Counted from the stretch's first letter, positions 53,555-63,385 are shown. The stretch is 64,000 bases of DNA from Candidatus Zixiibacteriota bacterium (GCA_011773985.1 WVWN01000078.1:39151-103150), one strand, 5' to 3'. The notes: generated by a model not told the origin, from the sequence alone. A program made the numbers and translations.

Positions 53555-54727
53555 TTAGGTTAATACCGCGCCCACCAGCCGGTGCAGCAGCGAGCGGCGC
53601 AGCTCGACGGCGTCGTAGGCGCAGGCCTCGTGGCAGCAGTAGCACCGGATGCAGAGCTTCTCGTCGACGTACGATTTGTCGTTTATAACGCTTATCGCGC
53701 CGACGGGGCAGCTCTCGCGGCACAGCGCGCAGCCGGTGCAGCGCTCGCGTCGCACGCGCGGCTGGACCGAGAGGCCGTCGCGAAGGAGGTTCGTCATAAA
53801 ACGTTGGAAGGGCCCGGCGTTCGCGAAGCCGCCTTCCTCGATAATCGTCGGCGGCCACTTCCAATCTTTAATTAAAAGAGTCTCGAGAGTCGGCCCGACG
53901 ACGTTCAAGTCTTCCGGACGATTGGGTTTTTCGTCTCGGCGCGCGGCCACCCGTACCACCGGGTGCCGTTCCGGCGCGAGGCCCGTTATCGCGCCCGCGG
54001 CGACGTCCAACGCGAGGGCGGAGGGGCTGGCCATTATAAGGCCCACCTTTCTCGCGTCGCCAAGGCCGGGGCCGTTGCCCTCCATTGCCAACACCGCCTC
54101 CATAACGTTGAGAACCGGTTTAACGAAGAAAGCGACGTCGAGGAGGACGTCGGCGAAGTTGTCCACCGTCCGCATCCGCGCGTGGTAACCGGGTTTGTCG
54201 AAACCCGGGAGGACGCCGAACAGGTTTTTGACCGCCCCGGTCAAAATAGTGAAGGCGTGGGTTTTGAGTTTACACAGATTAATTACCGCGTCCGCCTCGA
54301 GGACCGGCGTTATCACGTTAAACCTTTTCGCTACCCGCGCGTCCTCGACGCGTACCGTTTGCGACGACGTGTCGTAATTCAGCTCGAGGCCTACTTCGTC
54401 CGCGAGGTTGAGGTAGCCGGACCGGCGGTAACACTTCTCAAGGGTCCTTTTGGTATAGGGGAGGCCCGAGCCCGGGCTGTCGGCTAGGAGGGGAGTTGCG
54501 CCCGCGGCCCGGGTCGCTCGCGCCACGGCCTTGACGACCGAGGGATGAGTAGTCACGGTTTGTTCCGGCCGGGCGCCCCTGAGCAGGTTTACCTTGAGGA
54601 CGACGCGCCGGCCGGGTTCGAGTAGTTTGCGGAAGCCCCCGAGCTGGCGGAAGGCTTCCTCGAGCGCGACGGCGACGTCCGCGTCGTCGTACGAAGGGCA
54701 ACGTGCGATAACGACCTTATTGTTCAT
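53555..54727 (-). CDS. DUF362 domain protein with C-terminal 2x[4Fe-4S] domain
   Basis: VVLKVNL, TTHPSVV, INLCKLKTH, TGAVKNLFG, MEGNGP; CTGCALCRESCP, CIRCYCCHEAC. Confidence 0.88.
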   Translation of the reverse strand: MNNKVVIARCPSYDDADVAVALEEAFRQLGGFRKLLEPGRRVVLKVNLLRGARPEQTVTTHPSVVKAVARATRAAGATPLLADSPGSGLPYTKRTLEKCYRRSGYLNLADEVGLELNYDTSSQTVRVEDARVAKRFNVITPVLEADAVINLCKLKTHAFTILTGAVKNLFGVLPGFDKPGYHARMRTVDNFADVLLDVAFFVKPVLNVMEAVLAMEGNGPGLGDARKVGLIMASPSALALDVAAGAITGLAPERHPVVRVAARRDEKPNRPEDLNVVGPTLETLLIKDWKWPPTIIEEGGFANAGPFQRFMTNLLRDGLSVQPRVRRERCTGCALCRESCPVGAISVINDKSYVDEKLCIRCYCCHEACAYDAVELRRSLLHRLVGAVLT

Positions 54728-55280
54728 CGCCCGCGGGTTTTACTATTTCGTCAAATCGGAGGGAGGCGAGAGAGGCACGCGGCCGCGCCGCCGGATCTTC
54801 CGCGGGATAACCCAGCGTCATCAGGCATACCAGGGCGTAGCCGTCGGGGACCGACAGCACGGCGCGGACCGCCTCCTCGTCGTAGTTGTTTATCCAGCAA
54901 GTCCCGAGGCCTTCGGCGGTGGCGGCGAGCGTGACATAGGCTGCGGCGATGGCGACATTGTAACGAACGTACATGTCCCAGGTCCAACTGCCGCGGGTCC
55001 GCGCGTCTGGCGCGGGCGCGCCCTCGAACGCGAGGTAACCGAGGAAAGCGAGGGTAACCGGTGCCTGGGCTATGAAGTGGTTGTGGGGTGCCGCGGCCGC
55101 GGCCAATGCCCGCCGGCGGCTGCCGTCGCGGACGACGACGAAGCGCCAGGGTTGGCGGTTGTGCCCCGAGGGAGCGAGCCGTCCCGCGTTTAGGATCCGT
55201 TGCAGGGCGTCTTCGGGTACTGTATCTGGGCGGTATTTCCGAACAGAACGGCGCCCGGTAATCGCGTCGTAAACGTCCAC
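54717..55280 (-). CDS. Nitroreductase family protein
   Basis: RRSVRKY, APSGHNRQPWRFVV, GLGTCWI. Confidence 0.9.
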   Translation of the reverse strand: MDVYDAITGRRSVRKYRPDTVPEDALQRILNAGRLAPSGHNRQPWRFVVVRDGSRRRALAAAAAPHNHFIAQAPVTLAFLGYLAFEGAPAPDARTRGSWTWDMYVRYNVAIAAAYVTLAATAEGLGTCWINNYDEEAVRAVLSVPDGYALVCLMTLGYPAEDPAARPRASLASLRFDEIVKPAGDEQ

Positions 55281-55361
55281 GGTGGGTTTACCTCGTTTAT
55301 TTTTCGCTATTATAGGGTTAAAATGGCCTTAAGTAAAGGCCGCGGGCCGTTAAGATTTAGC

Positions 55362-55390
55362 TTGATATTTTTCGTACGATAATATATAAA
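55362..55390 (+). promoter_or_regulatory. Putative sigma70 promoter
   Basis: TTGATA-17 nt-TATAAA upstream of 55450. Confidence 0.5.
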
Positions 55391-55449
55391 GAAGGTAGTT
55401 GGCGTCACGCCCTCGACATTCGCAGGGGTTAAGATAAGGAGGTATCACG

Positions 55450-56100
55450 ATGAGAAACGTGCTGATGTTGTTGTCGGCGCTCGTCATAACCGCGGCGGCG
55501 GTCGCGGTCGCGACGGGGAACGAACACGAGGTAGGCGGCCCGCCTGCTAAGGGGCACAAAATCCCATTCTGGTCGGAGAAGCCGGCGATGCGATTTCAAT
55601 GTATGTGGCTACAATCTGAGATAGGCGAAAAGGGTCGCGTCGTCAAGATCGAGTTCAGTTTTAAACAGTACGTGGGGACGCCGCCGTCCACGTTTACGGG
55701 CTGCAAGATACGCTTGTGCCATACCACGGTCAATAAAATCGCGGCCAATTTTAAAAGTAATTACGGCGGAAAGTCGCCGGTCGAAGTCTTCAGCGGCAAG
55801 TTTGTGGTACCCGCGGGCCTTAAGGAGAACGACTGGGTCATGGTGGTTGCGCCGAAGGCTTTCACTTTCAACAATACGAACAATTTGTTGATGGAGGTGG
55901 TCTGGACCGGCGCGAGCGGTGCCGCGGAGGACCGCTTCTGGATAGCAGATGCGGACCAACCCGGACGGGTTAGGGCGTTCAGCGCTACGGCCGTAACCGG
56001 TACGGTTTTGGCGAACCAGGGCCAGGTGGCCAGGATCACGATCGGTAGCCCGGCGGTCGAGCCTAATAGTCTGGGCAGGGTCAGGGCTCTTTTCAGATAA
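55450..56100 (+). CDS. Secreted beta-rich hypothetical protein with C-terminal SLGRVRALF motif
   Basis: RBS AAGGAGG, signal peptide; ends AVEPNSLGRVRALFR. Confidence 0.8.
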   Translation: MRNVLMLLSALVITAAAVAVATGNEHEVGGPPAKGHKIPFWSEKPAMRFQCMWLQSEIGEKGRVVKIEFSFKQYVGTPPSTFTGCKIRLCHTTVNKIAANFKSNYGGKSPVEVFSGKFVVPAGLKENDWVMVVAPKAFTFNNTNNLLMEVVWTGASGAAEDRFWIADADQPGRVRAFSATAVTGTVLANQGQVARITIGSPAVEPNSLGRVRALFR

Positions 56101-56120
56101 TGACGCGCCCTAAGAAACTC

Positions 56121-56148
56121 AAAACGCCCCTCGGCCGAGGGGCGTTTT
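56121..56148. terminator. Bidirectional terminator (perfect 28-bp palindrome)
   Basis: AAAACGCCCCTCGGCCGAGGGGCGTTTT. Confidence 0.8.
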
Positions 56149-56195
56149 CCGTTTTATTTCACGGCCGAGCGGTTACCTTCGCCTTGGGTTCGGTT

Positions 56196-57165
56196 TTACC
56201 GTCGGCCCGAGTTCGGTCGACGTCCCCGGCCCAATAATAGGCGCCCGCGCCGTTCGCGCGGGCCTGCGGCTATGAGGCCCCACGCTAGGCTGACGGGAAC
56301 GAGGGTCATACCGGCGAAAGGTGAATAATGGGTTAAGCCGCCGAAACGCCGGATGACGGCGCTAAAACGGCTCACGAGGTCCGAGATTGGCCAACCCGCT
56401 TCCGGCGGGTTCCGTACGTAAGGTACTGCCACCGCGCTCACCTGGACGGCAGTGCCGAATTCGACTAAGTTCCAAATTAACCACGGCGCCGCCAGTACTA
56501 CGCCCGTTATAACGAACGGTGCGAAGAGTCGTATTTTGCGTCGCCGGTATAAATAGTAGAAGGCTACTATGCCGACGGCGAGCGTATAGTAGATCGTGTC
56601 GCTCCGCGCGAGATTCGTTAAAGCACGTAGAGCTCCCAGCAGCGCGATATCGCCGAGACGCCAACGGTCCTGTTCTAATACGCGAGTGAGTTGCCAGGTC
56701 ACGAGTGCGACCAGCGTTAGGCCCAAGGCTACCTCGAGGCCGCACACGGCGCGCGCGATGACCGTGGGCGCGGCGGCGTAACAAGCCGCGCCGAGTAACG
56801 CGCCGCCCCGCGAGTCCGAAAGTAAAAGGCCGACGCGATAGATAATATGGGTGGTTACCACGTCGAGCAGACCGTTAGATATTATGACTATCCTTATCGG
56901 AAGGTCGGGGTCCACCCCTTTGAGCCAGAACACCGGCGTAGTCAGGTACGCCTATAACGGGTGGAAGCCGTTGGTCAGGTTAATTCCGTCCAACGTAGGG
57001 CCGAGGCCGGGGCCTATGTTCGTCGCGATCTGGAAATAGTAATACGAATCGTCGGGGATAATATGTTGGATGAGGATTTTTTAGGACAGGAACGCGACCG
57101 CTAGGCGAGGCAGCGCGCCTAAAGCCAAAATCGCGGTTAAGACGGCTTTGCCGGATTTCGTTCCC
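56196..57165 (-). pseudogene. Disrupted GT-C (ArnT/PMT-like) membrane glycosyltransferase
   Basis: IPDDSYYYFQIATNI.....TLDG...TNGFHPL motif upstream of ORF 56933 in the same frame; in-frame TAA (57081-57083) and TAG (56952-56954); truncated C-terminus; 5' end approximate. Confidence 0.75.
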
Positions 57166-57244
57166 TGGTTCGTCTAGCCGGCCCAGGGCGCGGTCCCAGG
57201 TTCCGGTGCCGCTCTCGGCGCGGGCGAACCCGCCGTTAACCGGC

Positions 57245-57775
57245 CTAAAACGCCACCAAGTCCTGGAACCATTCTTTTCCCCGGACCGAGGCGAAATCGG
57301 CGTCAGTCGCGGCTTTCGGTTTGGCTTTGGGGTCGAGCTCGAGCGCGCGGCGGAGATGCGCCTCGCACTCTTTTTCGTTACCTTCCAACGCCCAGTAGCA
57401 GGCGAAATTGTAGTGGGTCAAGTGCTCCTCGGGCGCGAGTTCGACACCGCGTCGGTGATTTTCGAGCGCCTCCCCGGAGCGGCCCGCGCGGTGGAGGGCC
57501 GAGCCTTTCGCGGTGTAGGCCAACGCGAAGTCAGGTTTTTTTCTTATGACCTCTTCGCAGACGGCGACGGCTTCCTCGGCGCGGCCGAGCATCGTTAGGG
57601 CGTTCGCCTTCGCGGTATGAATGCGCGGGTATTCTGGGTCCGCGGCGATGGCCTCCTCAAAAGCAGCCAAGGCTTCTTCGAAACGGTTGGCGTTGAATAG
57701 TTGGCGGCCGCGCTGGAAGTGGACCTGGGCGCGAAGGTGGGCCGTGTCTTTGGGTTTTTCCGCTTCCCCTTTCAT
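57245..57775 (-). CDS. TPR protein (tandem copy 2)
   Basis: TPRs ending YNFACYWALEG...ALELDP...ATDADF; ATG overlaps the upstream stop. Confidence 0.85.
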   Translation of the reverse strand: MKGEAEKPKDTAHLRAQVHFQRGRQLFNANRFEEALAAFEEAIAADPEYPRIHTAKANALTMLGRAEEAVAVCEEVIRKKPDFALAYTAKGSALHRAGRSGEALENHRRGVELAPEEHLTHYNFACYWALEGNEKECEAHLRRALELDPKAKPKAATDADFASVRGKEWFQDLVAF

Positions 57776-58305
57776 TTGAGAGCCACCAATTTTTGGAACC
57801 ACGGTTTTTCGCGAAAGGGAACGAAGTCCTCGTCGACGGTGGCCGTGGCCTTGGATTGAGGGTCGAGCTCGAGCGCGCGGCTTAGGTATCGGCGGCACTT
57901 CTCTTCGTCGCCCTCGACGGCCCAGAAGCAGGCGAAGTTATAGTAGATGCGCGGTTCGTCCGGCGAGAGAGCGATCGCCCGGCCGAAGTCGGCTTCGGCC
58001 TCCGCCCGCCGTCCCAGGTCTTGAAATATCGAGGCGCGGGCCGCGTAGGCGAGCCCGGCATGCGCGTCGCCCGCGATGGCGCGCGCCGCGGAGGCTAAGG
58101 CTTCGTTGGGGCGTCCTAGCCGTTTCAACGCGTACGCGCGAGCGATTTCCGCACGTAGGAAACTCTCGTCTTGGCGGAGGGATTCGTCGAATGCGGCGAG
58201 CGCTTCGGCGAACTTGCGGTTTCGGAAGAGCGCCCGGCCGCGTTCGAAATGCACTTCGGCGCGGAAGCGTTTTAGCTCCTCCCGTTCGGCGTTAGAACGT
58301 CCCAA
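57772..58305 (-). CDS. TPR protein (tandem copy 1)
   Basis: TPRs ending YNFACFWAVEG...ALELDP...VDEDF; RBS GGGAGG and TTG start. Confidence 0.85.
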   Translation of the reverse strand: MGRSNAEREELKRFRAEVHFERGRALFRNRKFAEALAAFDESLRQDESFLRAEIARAYALKRLGRPNEALASAARAIAGDAHAGLAYAARASIFQDLGRRAEAEADFGRAIALSPDEPRIYYNFACFWAVEGDEEKCRRYLSRALELDPQSKATATVDEDFVPFREKPWFQKLVALK

Positions 58306-58334
58306 GCGCCTCCCTTTCGCCCGATGGTAAGGTC

Positions 58335-58867
58335 ACTACGCTGGGATGTTTACGTACTTAACCGCGGCGGCTCCGGCCGTGTTAACGTCATTCGCACCCG
58401 GCGCCCAGTTCGCGCTATGACGGCACGTCCCACCACGGGCCCGGTCCGAAGGGGACTTCGGCGTCGTGTCCGGACGTTTGGCCGGGTCGGCGGCAAGGGC
58501 ACCGGCGAGATTCCGGGCGACGATGACGCCGTCCTCGGACTGCGCGGCTAAGGCGCCGCACGCCGCGTCGCCCGTCTTGCCCCGGAGCGGGCCCGCTTCG
58601 GCCGAGATTTTTGTGAATTGGTGGGCTATTTCGCCGACCGCCTGTTGCAGCTCGTCGCGGGCCGAATTTCCCGCCGAGTTTTTTAAAGGTAGCCGTTAAT
58701 ATTTTCCGTAACTGCGAACGGGTCGGCGCGGTAGCCCACGGCCGGGCTGACCGCGGGCGGCCCTTTAGGGCCGCCGTCAGCGACTATCGCGGTATAGGCA
58801 CAAAGCCCTAATAGCGCAAGAGGAGCGCATTGGACGGCCGTCGCGCCGCCGCGTAACCCTTGATCAT
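58335..58867 (-). pseudogene. Possible decayed gene for an exported helical protein
   Basis: Coding-like pieces in different frames (APLALLGLCAYTAIVADG... / ...RDELQQAVGEIAHQFTKISAEAG...) broken by stops; boundaries approximate. Confidence 0.3.
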
Positions 58868-58984
58868 ATCTTATAATAACCTATAATTTGCCGCGTTCGC
58901 AACTAAAAAGGCGAACTCTATCCGGGTTCTTGTTTTCGCGGATAATTTTTGTTAGCATTAATTTTGAGTTTCGGATGGCCTACT

Positions 58985-59962
58985 TTGAAGGTTTTGGTGA
59001 CAGGGGCAAACGGTTTTATCGGCAGCCATCTCGTCGAGGCGCTTCTCGAGCGGGGCGATGAGGTACGCTGTCTATTACGACCGACGAGTAACCGCCGTTG
59101 GCTCGAGGGCCTGGATTACGAAGAGGTCGCAGGGGCCCTCGACGATGGGGGGTCTTTGGCCCGCGCCGTGGCGGGCGTGGACGTGGTCTATCATAGCGCG
59201 GGCGTGACCAAGGCGCGCAAGGCCGATATGTTATACAGGGTCAACGCGGAAGGGACCGCGAACCTTGCGGACGCCTGCCTCGGGCGGGAGACGCCGCCGC
59301 TCTTCGTATACGTCTCAAGCCAGGCCGCCGCGGGCCCCTGTCGCGCGGGGGACGCGCTTCGCGAAACGGAGGCGTGCGACCCCGTTAGCCATTACGGCCG
59401 AAGCAAACTCGAGGGCGAGCGCGCTTTGGGAAAACGCGCCGCCCAGATACCTTTCGTGATCCTTCGGCCTTCGGCCATCTACGGCCCGCGCGATACGGAG
59501 ATGTATTTGTTTTTCAAATTTATAAAAAGAGGTATCGAGCCGACGTTAGGGTGGGACGAGCGGTACGTGAGCCTTTGCTACATAAGCGACCTGGTGGACG
59601 CGTTGCTCCTGGCGGGCCGAGTGGAGAAGGCCCGGGGCGAAGTATACTTCATAGCTCACGACGAGGTATGGGATTGGCGCGGGATATCGAGGCAGGCCGC
59701 GGCGGCTTTGGGGGTTAGAACCTTCCCGGTCCGCATACCCAAGGTGGTACTCTTCGGCGCGGCGACGGTGGCGGAACTGGCCGCGACGTTGTCGGGGAAG
59801 GTTGCCACCCTTAACCGCGAGCGTGCCCGCATTATGTGCGAGGAGCTCTGGGTGTGCGACGTAAGCAAGGCGAGAGACGAGTTAAATTTTGCGCCCCGCG
59901 TGGGATTCGCCGAGGGCGCGAAGTTGACGACGGCGTGGTACCGCGAACAAGGGTGGTTGTGA
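58985..59962 (+). CDS. NAD-dependent epimerase/dehydratase (extended SDR); candidate ceramide/ketosphinganine reductase
   Basis: KVLVTGANGFIG, HSAG, YVSSQAA, YGRSK, RPSAIYGP; likely TTG start at 58985. Confidence 0.85.
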   Translation: MKVLVTGANGFIGSHLVEALLERGDEVRCLLRPTSNRRWLEGLDYEEVAGALDDGGSLARAVAGVDVVYHSAGVTKARKADMLYRVNAEGTANLADACLGRETPPLFVYVSSQAAAGPCRAGDALRETEACDPVSHYGRSKLEGERALGKRAAQIPFVILRPSAIYGPRDTEMYLFFKFIKRGIEPTLGWDERYVSLCYISDLVDALLLAGRVEKARGEVYFIAHDEVWDWRGISRQAAAALGVRTFPVRIPKVVLFGAATVAELAATLSGKVATLNRERARIMCEELWVCDVSKARDELNFAPRVGFAEGAKLTTAWYREQGWL

Positions 59963-59966
59963 GAAT

Positions 59967-61190
59967 ATGACCGAGTTACGATCTGGTCGGCCCGATATTT
60001 TCGAGAAGTGCGAGAAATTTACGGCGGCGAAAGCCGCGATGGCCGCCGGGGTCTATCCTTACTTTCACGTCATCGAGTCGGGGCAGGACCCCGAGGTTAT
60101 GGTCGAGGGGCGCCGGATGATCATGGTGGGGTCGAACAATTATCTGGGTTTGACCTCCCACCCCAAGCTTAAAGAGGCGGCGATCAAAGCGACGCAGGAG
60201 TTCGGCGTCGGTTGCGTTGGCTCGAGGTTCTTGAACGGTACGCTCACCGTACATATCGAGCTGGAGCGCCGGCTAGCGAAGTTCTGTCGTAAGGAAGCGG
60301 CGCTCGTCTTTTCCACCGGTATGCAAACGAACTTGGGCGCGATATCCGCCTTGGCCGGTAAACGCGACGTCATCGTGACCGACAAGTACGACCACGCCAG
60401 CATCATCGACGGTTGCCGGTTGAGCTTCGGCCATATGAAGCGTTTCCGCCATAACGACATGCACGACCTGGAGCGCGTTCTCCAGTCCCCCGCCGACGGC
60501 GGCGGCGCCATTATCGCCGTGGACGGCGTTTTCAGCATGGAGGGCGACGTTTGCAATTTGCCCGCCATCGTCGAGCTGGCGAAGAAGTACGGGGCCCGCG
60601 TCCTGGTAGACGACGCCCACGGCATCGGCGTACTCGGCTCGCGCGGCGCGGGCGTAGCCGACCATTTCGGCCTTGAGGATGCCGTAGACATAATCATCGG
60701 CACGTTCAGCAAGTCCTTCGCCTGCGTCGGCGGCTTCGTCGCTTCCTCCGAGACCGTGTGTCACTATCTCAAACATTTCGCGCGTTCGATGATATTCTCC
60801 GCCAGCCTGCCGCCGGCCAACGTGGCCTCCGTCACCGCGGCGCTGGACATCATCGAGAACGAGCCCGAGCGGCGCGAGCGCCTGAAAGAGGTAGCCGAGA
60901 AGATGCGCCGCGGCCTGCAGGGCCTCGGCTACGATACCGGCGAGAGCACGACGCCCATTATCCCGGTCATCGTAGGCGACGACCTCACGGCGCGGACGAT
61001 GTGGCGGAAGCTCTTCGACGCCGGGATATTCACGACGCCCATAATGACGCCCGCGGTCCCGGAGAACCGCGCGCTCATCCGCCTTAGTTGTATGGCGACC
61101 CATACCGACGAGCACGTCGAGAGGGTTGTCGAGGCGTTCGAGAAGGCCGGCCGCGAGATGGGCATCATCGGGGGGTGGTCCCTGGCGTGA
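59967..61190 (+). CDS. Alpha-oxoamine synthase, serine palmitoyltransferase-like
   Basis: GSNNYLGL, GSRFLNGT, DHASIIDG, DDAHG, GTFSKS (PLP Lys), IFSASLPP. Confidence 0.8.
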   Translation: MTELRSGRPDIFEKCEKFTAAKAAMAAGVYPYFHVIESGQDPEVMVEGRRMIMVGSNNYLGLTSHPKLKEAAIKATQEFGVGCVGSRFLNGTLTVHIELERRLAKFCRKEAALVFSTGMQTNLGAISALAGKRDVIVTDKYDHASIIDGCRLSFGHMKRFRHNDMHDLERVLQSPADGGGAIIAVDGVFSMEGDVCNLPAIVELAKKYGARVLVDDAHGIGVLGSRGAGVADHFGLEDAVDIIIGTFSKSFACVGGFVASSETVCHYLKHFARSMIFSASLPPANVASVTAALDIIENEPERRERLKEVAEKMRRGLQGLGYDTGESTTPIIPVIVGDDLTARTMWRKLFDAGIFTTPIMTPAVPENRALIRLSCMATHTDEHVERVVEAFEKAGREMGIIGGWSLA

Positions 61191-62299
61191 TCACGGTCGA
61201 CGAGGTTACGTCGAAAAGGGCCCTGGCGGATTTTGTAGATTTCCCGTACCGTTTATATCGCGACGACGCCAATTGGGTCCCGCCGCTCAAGCGCGACGTG
61301 CGGTTTACCTTCGGCCGCCGGAATCCGTTCTGGCACCACGCCGAGCGGGCGCTTTTTATCGCCCGGCGGGAAGGCGGCGTCGTGGGTCGCGTGGCCGCGA
61401 TAAAGGACTACGAGTACGTAGAATTCGCGGGCGAGCCGTGCGGTTACTTCGGCTTCTTCGAGGCCGAGAACGACGGGGACGTCGCGGCCGCGCTCTGGGA
61501 TGCCGCGGGGGCCTGGCTCCGTTCCAAAGAATTAACGGCCATGCGTGGCCCGATGAACCCGTCGACCAACGAGGAGTGCGCGTTCCTGGTGGAGGGGTTC
61601 GACCGGCCCCCCTTCATTATGATGACCCACAACCCGCCGTACTACGCGGCGCTCGCGGAGGGGTACGGCTTTCGGAAGGCGCGGGACTTGTTTGCGTTTT
61701 TGGCGTCGGTATCGCCCGCGCGGCTCGAGCGCCTCGAGCGCCTCGCGGCCCGCACGCAGGCGCGCAACCCCGGCCTCGCCGTCCGCCACGTCAACGTCGC
61801 CGATTTCGCGCGCGAGGTCCAGCTCGTCCGCGAGATTTACAATCGGGCCTGGGAGGACAACTGGGGCTTCGTGCCGGCGACGCGTGAGGAGTTCGAGAGT
61901 ACGGCGAAGCGGCTCAAGTCGCTCGTAGTCCCGGAGCTGGTTCCCATAGTTACGGTCGACGGCGACCCTGCGGGTTTCATCTTTACGGTCCCCAATTACA
62001 ACGAGGTCCTGATAAAGATGGGCGGGAGCTTGGGTCCGGTGAGCCTCTTCAAATTCTTAAAGGGTAAGCGCAAGATAAGGAGCTGCCGTCTTATGTTGTT
62101 CGGCATCTGCCCGGAGTACCGCAAGCGCGGCGTCGACGCGGTGCTCATAACGTCAAACCTCCGGGCCACGCTCGCGTTGGGCTACGAGAAAGCCGAATGC
62201 TCGTGGGTGCTCGAGGACAACGAGCTCACGAAGCGCGCCGCGGCGATGATGGGTGCGCGGCCGTACAAGAGGTATAGGATTTACGAGAAGAAGATTTAG
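61187..62299 (+). CDS. GNAT-fold N-acyltransferase, bacterial ceramide synthase-like
   Basis: GTG overlaps the SPT stop; WVPPL...NPFW.HA...GRVAA, GYFGFFE, MRGPMNPS, WEDNWGFVP, SWVLEDN. Confidence 0.75.
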   Translation: MITVDEVTSKRALADFVDFPYRLYRDDANWVPPLKRDVRFTFGRRNPFWHHAERALFIARREGGVVGRVAAIKDYEYVEFAGEPCGYFGFFEAENDGDVAAALWDAAGAWLRSKELTAMRGPMNPSTNEECAFLVEGFDRPPFIMMTHNPPYYAALAEGYGFRKARDLFAFLASVSPARLERLERLAARTQARNPGLAVRHVNVADFAREVQLVREIYNRAWEDNWGFVPATREEFESTAKRLKSLVVPELVPIVTVDGDPAGFIFTVPNYNEVLIKMGGSLGPVSLFKFLKGKRKIRSCRLMLFGICPEYRKRGVDAVLITSNLRATLALGYEKAECSWVLEDNELTKRAAAMMGARPYKRYRIYEKKI

Positions 62300-62352
62300 C
62301 CTCGGCAGGGCGGTTTCGCCGGATAGGAGACGGCGGCCGGGGGCCGCCGATT

Positions 62353-63327
62353 TTATTCTAAACCGTACTCGCCGAATTTTCGTTTCCAAAACTCCGCCCA
62401 CTCCTCTACGATTTCCCATTCAATAGGCAACCGGTAATCGTCTATATTCGCGTCTACTTCGTCGCGCGTCACGATATCTTCCGGATAAATTATACCGGAC
62501 CGCCAGTACATCGGGACTATTATATTTCTGCGGCCGTCAGTGAATTCGTAGCCTTGCTTTTTCGAGCAAAATATGAACCCTACGTACTCGAAGTCGTCAG
62601 ACCCCTCGTTATTGGACGCTACGTGTACCCCCGTAGGCCCCGAGAACTCGCAAGGCCCCGGCCCCTTGCGGCCGAACTTCCCTAAAAAACTCCCGGCCCG
62701 CGTAAAATATTGGACGTCGCACCTCATATAGTCTATGACGTAGACGTTTCCGCTCGGCGCGGTTGCGACGCCTTCCGGGAACCTGAATTGGCCGTCGCCG
62801 CCGCCGTACGTTCCCCATTTATTGAGAAAGCTGCCGTCCTTCGAGAATCGCTGGATACGATAATTAAAAGAATCGGCTACGTAAACGCCGTAATCGGGCG
62901 ATATTGCGATACTGAACGGATATTTGAACTCGCCGTCGCCGGCCCCACTCTTTCCCCATTTCCCCAAAAACGAGCCGTCGGCCGTAAAGTACTGTACGCG
63001 GTTATTCACCTTTTCGGTGACGTATATCGTCGAGTCGGGCCCGGCGGCAATTCCTACCGGCTCGTTGAACTGGCCGTCGCCGCTCCCCAGCGTGCCCCAC
63101 TGGCCTAAGTATTCGCCGGTCAACGCAAAGTACTGGACGCGGTTATTCCCCCAGTCCACTACGTAAACCCTGCCGTTCGGCGCCACGGTAACATCGTAAG
63201 GACCTTCGAATTGGCCGTTACCCGGCCCCCGCGTTCCCCACTTATACCAATAAACGTACGTATCACCGTACGCGGCGGAGAAAACAAAAACCCCCACGCC
63301 GGCCCACCGGGCCAACCTGGGTAGCAT
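62353..63327 (-). CDS. Secreted NHL-repeat (6-bladed beta-propeller) protein with unrelated C-terminal tail
   Basis: About 4.5 repeats of WG..G.GDGQF..P.GIA..P.G.VYV.D..N.RVQ.F; signal peptide from ATG 63327. Confidence 0.8.
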   Translation of the reverse strand: MLPRLARWAGVGVFVFSAAYGDTYVYWYKWGTRGPGNGQFEGPYDVTVAPNGRVYVVDWGNNRVQYFALTGEYLGQWGTLGSGDGQFNEPVGIAAGPDSTIYVTEKVNNRVQYFTADGSFLGKWGKSGAGDGEFKYPFSIAISPDYGVYVADSFNYRIQRFSKDGSFLNKWGTYGGGDGQFRFPEGVATAPSGNVYVIDYMRCDVQYFTRAGSFLGKFGRKGPGPCEFSGPTGVHVASNNEGSDDFEYVGFIFCSKKQGYEFTDGRRNIIVPMYWRSGIIYPEDIVTRDEVDANIDDYRLPIEWEIVEEWAEFWKRKFGEYGLE

Positions 63328-63385
63328 ACTGGTGCGCCGGCGGCTCGAGCCGCCGCGGCCTTCGCTCCCTTTACCCCTTTTCACA

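Noticed and set aside
56952..56954. Pyrrolysine or amber readthrough
   Set aside because: The TAG falls at an expected Trp, a TAA also interrupts the frame, and the gene is truncated, all consistent with a pseudogene
59967..61190. bioF or kbl call
   Set aside because: The GSRFLNGT and GTFSKS motifs and the SDR/GNAT neighbours fit SPT better; no bio or tdh genes are adjacent
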